DNA of 63,929 nucleotides, counting the filler, from Hyphochytrium catenoides (taxonomy: Eukaryota; Protista; Hyphochytriomycota), in the NCBI GenBank assembly GCA_900088475.1. It is 10 parts of 10 records of this genome, joined end to end, with 100 filler letters (N's around TTAATTAATTAA, not from the genome) between each part and the next. Parts side by side here need not be neighbours in the genome. Positions count along the whole stretch, not along the records: positions 33,572 to 60,953 come from FLMG01001643.1; positions 61,054 to 62,789 come from FLMG01004718.1; 8 more parts are not named here. One strand, given 5' to 3'. The first letter of the stretch is position 1. Each line of letters opens with the position of its first letter. The position numbers and the translations under genes are program-made. Positions 48,821 to 61,394 of the stretch are shown piece after piece. The notes below the pieces were generated by a model. That model saw only the letters and a program-made list of their open reading frames with translations, was not told the DNA's origin and did no database searches.

Positions 48821-51030
48821 ATGGTGGCAGATAGCGACGTTGCTGCTCACACCGCCTCCTCGCCTCGGAAGGACGCAGTAGACACCGCCATCCAGAAAAT
48901 GTCGGTTGAGGAAGGCTCCATCGAGGGCAGTACAAACCCCGGACAACCAGGCAACCCTGATAAACTGTCGCACAATGTCGTCTCTCTACCCTTCTCCTGG
49001 AATCAAACGGCTGTCAATGAAAGCCAGACAGAGACCGACTTGCAGCGCCTCCGTATATCGAATGCGGTCCGGGGCAGGAACCCTGGGTCTCTCAACACCA
49101 TGTTGAAGCTTAACACCAGTAGCAGTAAAGATAACCTGTCAATCTTGCCGCGGTTGGACGAGGCAATCTTTGATGTCTTTCTTCCCAGTCCTAACCCTTC
49201 GGCACCTGAGGTTGAGGTGGCTTCCCGCTCTAACAATGTGAAGGTCTCTGGATGGCTGGTCAAGCGCGGCCACACCCGGCAGAACTTCAAAAGGCGCTTC
49301 TTTGTCCTCTGTGGGTCTATCCTCGAGTACTTCGAGGACAACACGTGTTCAAAGAGAAGAGGAGGGGTAGATATCTCGGGAGATGATGTGTCTTTGACTG
49401 TGCTAGATAACAATGGGACACTTTTGATGAAGGGAGGCTATGAGCTTCTGTTCTACGCCTGTGACGGCAAAGACCAGAAAAGGTGGATCTCGGCCCTTCA
49501 TAAGGTTAACCATGACATCAAACTCATGAGGAGAAGAAGGAGCGGCGACTCTTCCCAAGAGGCAGACAGTGTCCGGTGCGGCTGGCTCACAAAGAGAGGA
49601 CATCTAGTCAAAAGCTATCAGCGCCGCTGGTTCGTTCTAAAGAACCAGAACCTGGAGTACTTCCTGGACCCAAACTGTGTGACAAAGAAGGGAGAAGTCC
49701 ACTTGTCAGGGGACGGCGTCTCTGTGTCCTTTGTCGACATCAGGGAGACCAAAAATAGCTTCTCTTTCGGTATCTTCAGGAACGATGAGTGCGTGCTCAT
49801 GTGCTATGCCGACAGCCAGGAAGAGAGGGAAGAGTGGGTCGCTGCTCTTCGTCCCAATAACTGTCAAACGAGAAGCTTTGGAGACTCAGAGGGAGATGAG
49901 GAGGACTTGACAGCCAGCCCTGTAGGCTCTCCTTCCCGCAGCTCAGAAGGAGACAAGAACTTCGTGGATGACGACAAGAGTCGGGAGATTCGCAAAGAAA
50001 TTCGTTCTCTTCTAGCTTCTCCCTATGAACCAGAGGGCAAGACTTTGTAAGTCCTCAGTCCTCCACATCTTGCACTTAACACTGTTACTATCTTAGGTTG
50101 AGTATTCACGGGCATTGGCCAATTCTCCTATGCTTTGGTCTGCCTCTCTCTTCGCTAGTTTCTTTTCCTCGACAACCTAGCCTCTCACCTCTCTCTCGTA
50201 CCAGTGCAAGTAGTATGCCTTTTTCTAAGCTTCTCTCTCCCTACTTTTGCAGACAAACCTTTGTCAAGGACTTCCTAGCTGACCATCGAAGGAAAGGGCT
50301 CGAGCTGATCTCTAATTTTGTTAGAAGTCTCAGCGACTTTGTGACTGAGTCTCGATTGAAGGGGCTCAAGCGGGAGGGCAAAGAAGAACTAGTCACAGTC
50401 GCAGACAGAGAGACCATTAAAGGAATCGCTATCCAAGAGGTAGAGGCAGCCGTCTTCTATCCTCTGCAGGCTATTATCTATCGGAAACTCTCCGCAAAAG
50501 GGAAAGCTGGGAAAAGTGTAGTCTTTCAGGAAAAGAGGAGCTTCTTAAGGCAGAAGCCCCAAGCGTACTTTGAGATAGAGGAGAGCAAGACGTCTCCAAC
50601 AGATTGGAAGTCGGTGGTTCTCAAATTCAACGAAATCAGTAGGTTTTCCAAGCCTTCATCTAAGAAGGCGGCCTTAGTGGCGGCAGCCAATGAGATCTAC
50701 GCTTGTTACAAAAGAGAGCACCCTTGTGAGGACGCTTACAGAGAAGGCGGAGAAGCGTCGTTTCTTGGAGGTGATGACTTCGTTCCCATCTTCATCTTCT
50801 CTCTTCTGCGGAGTGACATTGAGGATCTTCTGACGCTCAAGCGGATGCTCGTTGCCCTGAATGTAACAAGAGCAGGGGAGGACGAGTACTACCTGGCCTG
50901 CTTAGAAATGGCCGTAGAGTTTATATCAACCTTTGACCTTGCAAGAGAAGGTTTGCCTAGTATTCCAGAGATTCCCAGGTTGATTCAGCAGGAGATCGAG
51001 AAAATGAACAATTCGCCCAGAACCAACTAG
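48821..51030 (+). CDS. Tandem-PH plus VPS9-domain protein (putative Rab5-family GEF)
   Basis: Two PH domains (GWLVKRGH...FKRRFFVL...W; GWLTKRGH...YQRRWFVL...W). One intron at 50047-50252. VPS9 motifs GGDDFVPIFIF and GEDEYYL. Confidence 0.88.
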
Positions 51031-51738
51031 ATTTATGGTCAGGGAGAGGCCCAGAGAACGTCTTTGCTATAAATATCTGTCCAGCACTATATTTATTTAT
51101 ATGACTGGGATCCATCTCAGGATTGAGCCGTCCCAAAGTAATATACACTTCCCAATCTTTATACAAAGGTGTCCTGAATCGTCATTCCACCTTGAAGGCG
51201 GCGTCTTGGTGCAACATAGTTCCCTAAGAAATGAGGACTTTAGCATTAGCATTGCCATCAGTTAGCATTGGCATGGCATGAAGTGCATCTCATCCCTAGC
51301 CCTTACATGAGTGAGATGACATGCTAAGCCACGATAAGTCAGGGCACACCATTATAAAGAAACTTTATGTTCCTTTCTTAGGCAGCCTTATTCTTCCTTT
51401 CAGGTCTTCTTTCGGGCTTATAAGTTGATGCTTTATTTGTCCTCATCATAGGCTTCCTACGCCTGCAAAAACAGCAACACGTCCAACGCGACAACAACAG
51501 CAAAGAAGGGGCAACCGACTAGAGATAGAGGAGGAAGGAGGAAACTTACAAAGGAACGATACATAAGACAAGAGTCAAACTAAGACAAGGCTGACGCTTC
51601 ACCTGATAACCGCAATGTGCAGCGCTAAAAATCGAATAAGTTAGAGAGGACACTAATACCGCTGATTAGTTGTCTGTTCATGGACACAGACGACAAGAGT
51701 GCTTCTTGACATCAAGAACCAAAAGAGGCAAGACTCAA

Positions 51739-52947
51739 TCACTTGCTGGTAGGATGCAGCCGGGCACTCTGGCTGAAAAATATCTCCATCTTCTGCTGGC
51801 CGCTGCCAGGGGCATCCTCCATCTTGAGACGTCGCTTCGCTCGCTCCCCTCTTGTCCTTCCTTGTTCTCTAAGGTTGGCGGTCTTTACTGCCACCCAATT
51901 GGCGACTCCAAGCCCGTTAACACCAAGAAGAAGCTCTAAACCCTCCTTGAAAAGAGGGTCAGCTAGATCAACAATTGCGTCGGGGTCATACTCCGCGGTG
52001 GGCCTTAGCACCAGAGGCAATAGCTTCTTATAGACGTAACAAGTGTGGCCCTCGCTTGAACCGGCCATAGAGGTACCTATTTTCCCTCCTTCAAGGAGTT
52101 GGACACGGTATCTGTACTGCTCAATCACCTTCTTGGGCGGGTGAAAGCTAATAAGATACTTCGCCGTCTTGCTCTTGTTGAAGGCGTCTGCCATAGCACT
52201 CATTGCATCCGGAGGAAAGCCAACGTCAAAGCTGTAAATATGAGTGAAAGGGTTGAAGGAGCTGGCCTGCACTATATTCCCGTGACCGAAGAAGATTGTA
52301 GGCTTCATTTTTGGAAACGAGTGTAGAACGTGCTGCAGATTGTGCAGGGACAGGTGCCACCGAAGCTCTTCTAACTCTACACCATAGGATAAGGTGCAAC
52401 CAGGATCGATGGCCGCATGGAAGCTCGGTTTACCCAGTCCAGACCCAATATCAATGAATCTATACGGCCAATTTCAGGAATTCCCGAGGGACAAATCAGA
52501 GAGAATTGGGAAGCACCATTATCAGTGTCGGGATGATGATGAGCCCGTTCAGGCATAACGTATAAACACTGACCTGCTCTCCCTGGTGAATTCGCATGAT
52601 TCCTTTAAGAAGTCAACTACTTTCTGGAAGCTTCCCATGGTGAGCTCCCCGTATATAGCCCCACCTCCAGCATTGCCTCCTAATGCGCCAGTAGCTCTCT
52701 TGATAAGCTTGTATACTGACTGCAGCTGATGATCGAGAAACGCTTTTTCATTGAGCTCTACCGCTAAGCTGCTAAGCTCTCGTACAAGCCCATGGGTGCG
52801 ATCCTTCAGCGCCCTCTGGGACGTTCGGTTCCTCTTTCTAAGATTAGGCGAAAGATTTGTGACTTCTGAAGTCCTCTTGCGCTTCAAGGTGTTCTTCTTC
52901 AGCGGAGTATCATAACCACCGGCAACAGCAACAGTAAGTGCGGCCAT
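51739..52947 (-). CDS. DOT1: DOT1-like histone H3K79 methyltransferase
   Basis: Two exons: AIYGELT...FIDIGSGLGKP...SYGVE...THIYSFDVGF. These are the DOT1 YGE motif, SAM-binding motif I and post-I/II motifs. Confidence 0.82.
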
Positions 52948-53135
52948 CTTGGAGACGTTAGAGATGTCCTCCTATGCCAACAGCTTCACAAGCTTTGTTA
53001 CAGATTATCGTGAGCAATCTGGCAAACAAGGATCTTTCGGTGTGGCTGTAACGAAGGCGGAAGTATGGCAAGTGGCTGCCTGTTGGAGACGGCGGCGCGC
53101 GGTGACGATGATGATAGCGCACTCAAAGATCTAAA

Positions 53136-53460
53136 TCTCCCGCCTTTCCACCAACCGAGTAACCTACGGACACACCTTTTGGACGGTGCTTGGCTTCAGT
53201 AATCACTTAGCCTAGGTAGTAATGAGCAACCCCCAATACGTGTGGTCCTCTTCCGCGTCCGGACTCTTTATGACAGCCACTGTCCAGAAGTGCTGAATGC
53301 TACTTAGGGAAGACCAGAACCTTCTGTTAAAAGGGCAGATTCGTCCAGACCGTAATTTGGCGCTTTAGGTGGTCGGGCATTTGCAGCGTTTGGCGTCAGC
53401 TAAAGGCGTAAAGTTAGGTTTGATTTCGTTTCATACAATCTCAGTTTTGGCGGGAAAACT
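53136..53460. promoter_or_regulatory. Cluster of E2F-like sites in the divergent DOT1/NOA1 promoter region
   Basis: TTTGGCGC (53356-53363), TTTTGGCGGGAAAA (53445-53458), and the variants TCTCCCGCC (53136) and TTTGGCGT (about 53389). Confidence 0.5.
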
Positions 53461-53804
53461 AGACTGAAGAAAGATGATGAAAATCTCAAAGAGTGATAAT
53501 CCTTCTTGCCTCTTGCTCAGTATATTCAAGGTGTGATCCATCACGGTCTCAACCAACAAATGAGCTCAATGAAGCTCAAAGCTCTGTGGAGGCACTGTCA
53601 CGCGCGGTAAAAAGCTCTCCCAAGGTACATGGCGGAGGTAGTTCTTCCTACTCCTTATCAGCTCATCAGCTCCTGATCGGCTCATCGGCTCATTGGGCAT
53701 CATTGCTGCGCTACTGACAGCCATCTTCCCTCCTTTAGGCTAAAGGTTTCTGAAGGAGCCCGACAGTAAAAGGGGAAAGTTCCCGACAGTAGGAGGAAGG
53801 AAGT

Positions 53805-56800
53805 ATGCAGCTGAAACGCATGTTTCCGCTGAGGGCCATACCAAGCCTAACCCTTAGTCGAGGACTGAAACGAGCCCATCCAGGGCAAGTTGCTGCTACA
53901 GCCAAGCTCAACTCTTCCCAACCATCGGCCCCTCGTCAGCATTTATTCTGTAGTCACTTTCGAACTTCAGCATCCTCGTTGGCCTCCAAGCGCAAAAACC
54001 CGATCGGAGCTCTTCACACCGGCTTGCTAGATGAACTAGAGGTTATCAGCCGCTGCAATGGTTGTGGAGCGGAGTTACAATGTGAAAATCCTACTGGCAT
54101 AGGATATGTACCTGCTAGCAAGCTCAAAACAGTAGGAGCACTTGGTGTTTCAGAGTTGAAAACTCCCGATGGGATGGAGCTGGTGCTGGTAAGTGCGGTC
54201 TTACTTGGTGAAATCATCTCGAAAACACTAATGGGATGGCTCGCTGGGAAGGGCAAACAGGGTGAACAAGATCAAGGGAGCGCTCTCATAGCGCCATCGA
54301 AGAAGGCGCAAGCACCTCTTATTTGCCAGCGGTGTTATAAAATTCAGCACAATGGACAGATCTCTGTAGTGGACATTCCTCTTGGAGCTTTCAAGCATGC
54401 TCTTATGGAGCTCAGGACCAGAAACATCCTTGTGATCTTGGTGATGGACATCCTTGAGTTTGAAGGCAGCAACATCCCAAAGTAAGTAGTAGAAGATTGG
54501 GCGTCTCTGAAAGAGTGTTTGATGATCGCGGGAGAGGATAAGATAATCCGGATTGATTGAAGCAAGAAGTAATATGACCTTCTGCTCTTCTTCAGGTTAG
54601 ATGCTCTTATCGGAGCGAAGGAGAAGCTTTTGGTCCTGACGAAGTCGGATCTTTTGCCCAAATCGGCCGCTGTGCCTAGGCTCCGTGCTTGGGTCAAGGC
54701 CCAAATAAAGTAAGTGGTTTCTTGCCCTACTTCGTTAAGAATCGATGTTGAATTCTTACGTTATAAGCTCTAATGTGCTTTGACACACCTTCCGACCCTG
54801 CCCGACACCTCCATCATCCCCTTTCTCTTTGTTACTGTTTGGCCCTTGTGGACCCTTACTCACCATTGACAACCTGCACGCAGAAACTTAGGGATCACAG
54901 GCGTAACATCCACCCACTTTGTGTCGCCACACAGGAGAGAAACTTATACGGATTTAGTACATAAGCTCCAGGTCAGACCTCCTAACGTGATGACGAGGAA
55001 CCGCAGCCCGGGGTCTAAGAGACGGGCGCGAGGAGTGGTAGTAGGAGTGAACTATGGGCTAATTCTTTGCAGAGTGAAAGACACATTGTAGACTTTGCTA
55101 ATCGTGACTGTGCCTGCAGGAAACTCATCAAGGTCGGGATATTTACGTCATTGGAGCTGCCAATGTCGGGAAGAGCACACTGATCAACGGCTGCATAAAA
55201 GCCTTGGAGAGGATGGCTGCTACCCGACGCTACAAGCGGAGCAATAGGAAGAAGGCAACATCGGTCAGTAAACAAGAGGTAACCGCCTCTCATTCCCTCT
55301 CTCACCTGCGTTACACTCTTTGCAGGAAGGGGAAGAGCATAACAACCAGGAAGAGGAGGAGGAAGAGCCAGAGCCAATGAGCGGCACAAATTTTGCGTCA
55401 TTGACTGCTTCTCCACTTCCTGGCACTACCATTGGTGAGCGTCCATCTTCTATAATGCCCTAACATAACAGCTTTTCTCTTCCTTCTCTCGCCCCTAAGC
55501 TGCAAATACCTTGTCACTGCACTTTATATTCCTCGATCCTTTTCTCCTCCTTGCTCTTCCTGCACTGAAGTTGCGCCCTCCCTCTCCTTTAGGCATGACG
55601 CTGGTGCCAGTTCCATCTGACATTCTAGGAGACATAAAGATTGTCGACACGCCGGGAGTTATCATCAACAAGAAGGTAGATTGGCCGATGGTTCTTTCAT
55701 CGCTCATTTTATCTCGAGAATCCAATCTGATGTTTGATCTCCGTACACATCAACCCGCTGTAACCTGGTCTTTCCCTCCGTGCCTCTCCTCTCTATATGC
55801 GTAGAAGCAAAAGGTGATTGAGGCTTTACTTAAGAGCTACCAAAATTTAAGGAACATTCTTCCAACGACGAAGCTGAAAGTAGGTCAACGCCCGATGACA
55901 CCATGCTTACCGTTCCCTTAAACATCCTCCGACGCTGCTTCTCATCCGCTATAGGTCCATCATTTTCGTCTTCAATCGGGACAAACTCTTTTCTTAGGTG
56001 GTCTAGTCCGCGCGGACTGGGAACATGAAGATGAGAAGCCTATCATCTTAACCTACTACGGCCTTCTGCCTTGCCACATAACAAAGACCAGCGGTAAAGG
56101 AGTTACTTTGTGAAACTCGCCTTCCTTCAATAACTCTTTTGCTCTCTTGCTAATCACCTCCGCTTGCACATTTCTGCTCTATCTGTTAAGAGATGTTGAA
56201 GACCACCCTAGATGTATTTGTAGATGCAAAAGAAAGACCGTCATTACCGTTTAAGATCAAGTTATATACTTGGTGGTTGTCATTCAACCTCCTGTTGAAC
56301 TTTTACAGCGTGGTATTCGTCTGGTCTGCTAATCCCAATGGTCGTCTCTCTAGGTGCATCTGAGCTATATGAGAAGCACGTTGGCGGTCTTCTTTCTCCT
56401 CCAACAGAAGAGAGTACGAAGCTTATCGGTGGTCTCAAGGTGCACCAGAGGGTAGAGCTTAGACCCTACATGCGGAGGCTTTTAAAGCTAGTGGAGCGAG
56501 GAGGCACTTCCAGGTAGGAACCATAGGATGGCGCAGCCTATCTCGTCCTGATTGTCGGACTTTGTCTCTCTTGGTCTCTCTCTTTGTCGTCTATGACTTC
56601 TAAATCCCTCCGTTATTGTTCTGCAGAGAAATGCGTAACAGAACTCTTAGAACTAGTCCTTTAGACCTTACTCTGGGTCCTTTCGGCTGGCTGGCCGTGA
56701 CATCCATGGATCTGGACGGGTCTTTCGGCGCTGTGCACACTTTTGAAAAGGGATATATATCCCTCCTGACTTGTGAGGGGATCGACGTACAAGTGAGGGA

Positions 56801-56858
56801 GCCACTGATGCCCTTTGAGGTCTCGGGAACGATGAAGAACAAGTGGAAGAGTGCTTAG
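53805..56858 (+). CDS. NOA1: Circularly permuted GTPase of the NOA1/YqeH family, probably mitochondrial
   Basis: Basic presequence-like N-terminus; CNGCG...CQRC zinc finger; G4 TKSD precedes G1 GAANVGKS; G2 PGTT; G3 DTPG; GQTLFLGGLVRAD. All exon phases join. Confidence 0.9.
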
Positions 56859-57087
56859 ACTGAGAAAGACTAGTCGGCAGGAGGAGGAGAGGAAAAGAGC
56901 AATGAGGTCATTGGTAGCTTACATAGCTTATAAACTGATTAGGTAACTTGGCGGTCCTTCGCGGTGTATTGAGCTTACATAGCTCTATTTTATCGGCAAA
57001 TGCTCTACATTTCCCTATGGTTTGACAGCCGCCTGAAGCGGCTTAAAAAGGCTTGAAGAATGGGAAAATGGGAAAGCTATCACTACT

Positions 57088-60000
57088 TTAGATCCCTCTT
57101 TGCTGCATCTTCAGCCAAGTGTTCTGAGCTTGGCACTCCAGTGCTAGCAGCTCCCCCACCACAGGCTGCATGTTGAGAATTCTTTCTGTCATTCCCTCAT
57201 CGACCGCCTCGGTAGCGGAATAGCCAAAAGCAAGTCCTACACAGAAAGAGACGTCAGACGGCGGTTGTACGCTAGCTCCTTGAGCCACTGCTTCTTCACT
57301 CCTTTTCTTCCTGGTTGGCCGATGTTCCTACCTTGTGCCACTGCTGGAGGCAAGTCCAGGCTCTGGCCGATGGCATGCAGTTTCTTTCCCAGCCGAACCT
57401 CTATCTGCTCCAGATATTTTCCTTCATTGTACCTATAGATATGTCACGATGAGAGTGAGACAACTACATTCATTATAATTCTTTAGGTTTAAGATGAGAG
57501 GCGAGGGGATAGTTGCTAAAAAGATGGTAGCTGCTGTACGAAGCTACTGAACAACAAGAGTAACATGAGACCCAAGAGCTTGTTAGCGGAGGACGTCCTA
57601 CCATATCGTGCAGCCTCCTTCCTCTAGCAGCTTTCTGTTGACACAACCTCTACCTTTACTGGGACACTTGTGGAACCAAACCTTTTCGCGATGACCTTGA
57701 CGCCATGGAGAAGGATGAGGAGAAAGTGAGTCAGTTGCGGAATAGGCTGCGGGTTATAGCAAGACCATTGGAGTATGCTGCCCATCTCCATATAGGCAAA
57801 ACGGCCAACAAGGTACCTGGCGCGGCAAGAATGGATATGGCCAATCCTCTCCGCTCCGCTCGACCCACTCTTCCGACGCGGTGGATGTATTCATCTGGCA
57901 AGGAGGGCAGGGTCATGTTAACGACGTACGGAAGGCCCTAGACAGGTGAGGAGTCAGTACGCACCAATGGGAAGACCTAAGGCCCAGACAGAGCGTCACA
58001 GAGCCTCTTTAGAAGACAGAAACGTGCTCTGTAGATGATTTGAAAGTGCCATACAAGCAAGAAATTTCGTTAAGTCAGGCAGTGAGCAAAGTCCAATAGA
58101 GAGTGGTGACGTTAGAGCACCTGTATGTCGATGCCGCGCGCTGCCACGTCTGTACAAATGAGGAAGCGTACTTCTCCGTCTTTGAACGCCTGAAGGTTCC
58201 CCCTTCTCTCCTCCATCGATCTCTTCCCAGCCAGGACGCAGCAGGAGTATGGATTCTCCTTTCCTGTCTCACTCTACAGTGACAAGGAGAACATAGCGCC
58301 GGCAGATGGTCAAAGCGGGGGCTGAAGCGCTGCCGGGCAGGAAAGAAGAAGAGCAGGAGAAAAGACAGGACAAAGATGTGACGAACCTTGATCCTGAACC
58401 TCTTCCCTCCTCCAATATCTGTCAGATATCTCTCCAGAAGATCGCAATCAAGGTTGGTCCGACAGAAGACGAGACACTGCTGCATCTCAAGCTTATCTGC
58501 TAGAGCCACTAACACCTACGATGAAGGATGACGGTGTTCACGGGTGATATCGAGTCATATGTTAGTGCCAAAGTGGGCGCTTTGTCCTGAGCGAACAGCG
58601 AGCAAGTATCACATGAGCTACCTGAGGTTTGAGACGCTTGATCCTCTCTGAGAGTTCTTCATGTTCTTGAGCAGACTCTTGCCAGCCTGATCTCCCTACC
58701 TTCACCTCGTGATGCAGCTGATGAACGCCATCGGTCCCAGGAGTCTGTCCGGGTAGCTACGGGTAAAGGACATACAAAGAGAGGACAGTAGTGAGAGAGT
58801 GGAGTTTGAGCGATGGGCAGGGGTTTCTCTGTCCATAGTTCGTCCTGCCATTGTAGCTCGAACACAATCCCGTCTCTCACGCTAGCTCACTTTAATGCGT
58901 CGTCTGCACCTATAACCCACGCCAGTTTACCTTCCACTCGTCATGTTCGAGCTTTGGGTCAACCGTCACCCGAACGTGCTCAACAGTGTCCGGCACAAAG
59001 TCTGCTCCTTTGAGATCCACCCAGATCGGATGCTGACAGAGGATCGACGAGAGTTCCTTTACCTCTTTTGAGTGCAAGGTAGCTGAGAAGAGGCACACCT
59101 GTGGCAAAGAAGTGAATCAATATGAGCGTCCGACTCGGTCATTCTTCCCAGGCCAGCCTTATCCGCAGACTCCTTGGTGTGACGCTCTCGTTTTCGGACA
59201 CGCTCTCTCCCTATCTCTTTTCTTCGGACCCAAGTATGTTCCTGCCGTTGCTGTCCTTCGCCCTATCCACTTCGCAAACAAGCTTCTATTGGCTTTATGG
59301 TGACCTGATCCCTAATGTACGCTGCGGCTCCTCCCAATGCCTATCGTTCTTCTTCTGTCGCCATTCATTCCTCTATGTACCTGCAGGCGGTTGACTCCCA
59401 CCGCAGACTGTCTCAGCTCTGCAACCTTGGTGTAGATCTTCAGGACAGGTTCGCGCATCCCGGGCTCGGCCAATCTGTCGGCCTAGGAAAGGGAGGAGGA
59501 AGAAGACTGAAGTCAGGAAGTGTTTGCTTAATTATCCGACACCATTTCTCGACATCTTCTCTCGTGGAGAACTAATCAGCTCAGATCTCTCGATAGCCGT
59601 CAAGTTGCTCGTTCTCCCTAACTTAGCTTCCTTCAAACCAGAAGAGACTCTCCCTTCTTCTCTTCTCTCTTTTCGTCTTTGCTTGCACACGCGCTGTGTC
59701 TCCAAGTACCTCGTCAAGCACCAAGAACTGTACAGCTGACAATGCAACTTTTTCATTCTCAATAAGATCTAACAGCCTCGCAGGTGTTGCGACGATGACG
59801 TCCACGCCTCCCTGTAGAATCCTAGACTATAAAGATGCGTCAGAGAGAGATGCGGACAGAAGAGATACAGACAAAAAGAGAGAGAGAAAGGGAGAAAATA
59901 AAGCATCAGATTACGGTTTGTCAAGGAGCGCTGAACAGGACAAGGTGGGCTTTGTAACGTGACTTGTTAAGTTCGCAGCTGCCGCCACACGATAGGCATA

Positions 60001-60109
60001 GAAGTATACGCCCAATGGGACCCGGAAGAGATGAAAGAGGATGAGCAACCAATTGAAGAGAGAGAGAGAAAGAGAGGGAAGGAGGAAAAAGGAGAGAGAG
60101 ACACAGAGG

Positions 60110-60144
<35 letters not shown>

Positions 60145-60734
60145 GAGGGGTGAGCGCGAGAGAGAAAGAGTCCGGAAAGATGTACAGCCCTGAGCTCCAG
60201 GAAAGTTGACGATCGTCCGGGTCCCTACCTGCTGCTTGCCGTCTACTCCGCCCACGAATGTGCCGCATAGAATGGAGGGACTCTGCAAGTGTTTCTTGTA
60301 CGCCTCTAAATTTCCCTGAACTTGCTCCGCTAAGTCGCGCGCTGGCTCCAGAATAATGGCACGCGGCGTCCTACGGGGCGCTGAGGATGGGCGGGCTGCA
60401 AGTCAAAGACACAGGGTCAGAGAAAGCAGATAGACAAAGAAAGAGAAGTGAAAGCTGGCTGAAGAGAGAGAAAGAGAGAGAGAGAGAAAGAGAGCAACAC
60501 ACAGACAGGTAGGAGACGAGGATACGGACAAAAGACATGAGAGAAGGCGAGAGAGAGAGAGAAACTGATGACAGGAAAGAGGATAGGAGAGAAGAATATG
60601 AGGTAAGAGCCAGTACCGCCTCTCTTCCTTGTCCCATCTGCGCCTTCTCTCTCTCCCTGCGCCTCTGCCTCCAACAGAGTCTCGCTGATGATCTGAAGGA
60701 TTGGCAAACAGAACGCCGCAGTCTTTCCTGAGCC
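57088..60734 (-). CDS. DDX1: DEAD-box helicase DDX1 (5' end cut by the scaffold edge; no SPRY insert)
   Basis: [34 protein letters not shown]...PIWVDLKG...[51 protein letters not shown]...GGCTIWYNE. SATLH, WVDLKG and KVW.H.C..GC..W are DDX1-specific. Confidence 0.94.
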
Positions 60735-60953
60735 CTGCAGAAGGATAAGGGAGGACCGAGGAGCGTGAGAGATGCGAGGAGAAAAGAGACAATGATAGGG
60801 AAGAGACAAGAGAGAGAGAGGCAGGCAGAGACGGACAGAGGGAGCGAAAGCGTGCCGAAGAGAGAGACACCCAGAGAAGGACAGAAGAAAGGTGACGGCA
60901 CGAACGTGCTCGTAGCATATATGTTCAGCAGCAGAAGAGAAACAGAAGAGAGC

Positions 60954-61053
60954 NNNNNNNNNNNNNNNNNNNNNNNNNNNNNNNNNNNNNNNNNNNNTTA
61001 ATTAATTAANNNNNNNNNNNNNNNNNNNNNNNNNNNNNNNNNNNNNNNNNNNN
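60954..61053. other. Artificial scaffold linker
   Basis: 44 N + TTAATTAATTAA + 44 N. Confidence 0.98.
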
Positions 61054-61394
61054 GAAGTAGGCGCTGGTGAAGGCTGCGAAGGATAAGAATCTGGGGATGG
61101 AGTTTTCGGGCTCGGTGTTGGGATTGGAGCCGGTGTGGGGCTGCGAGCAGGTCTCTTGCACTTCTTTTTCTTCGTCGTTACTTCGCTCTTTAGTTTGCGG
61201 ACGCCATGATTATAAGATCTACTTGCCGGTCCGCTGGAAGCAACCAAGTTACCTCCATCAATACCCCGGAGGGAGGACAAAGTCGTGGATTCGCTTTCAA
61301 TTGAAGTTCCACCGGCAAGTGGCGAGGCTCTCAAGGAGCCACATGACAGGGCAATGCACAAGAGCAATGAAGCTGCAACATTTAGAAACTTCAT
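61054..61394 (-). CDS. Secreted or surface protein with Pro/Thr/Ser repeats; N-terminal fragment
   Basis: Signal peptide MKFLNVAASLLLCIALSCG, then SSLRG...VRKLK and PTPAP/PSPAPT repeats running into the gap. Confidence 0.7.

Noticed and set aside
54972-55118. Box C/D snoRNA in a NOA1 intron (GTGATGA)
   Set aside because: No matching D box (CTGA) or terminal stem.
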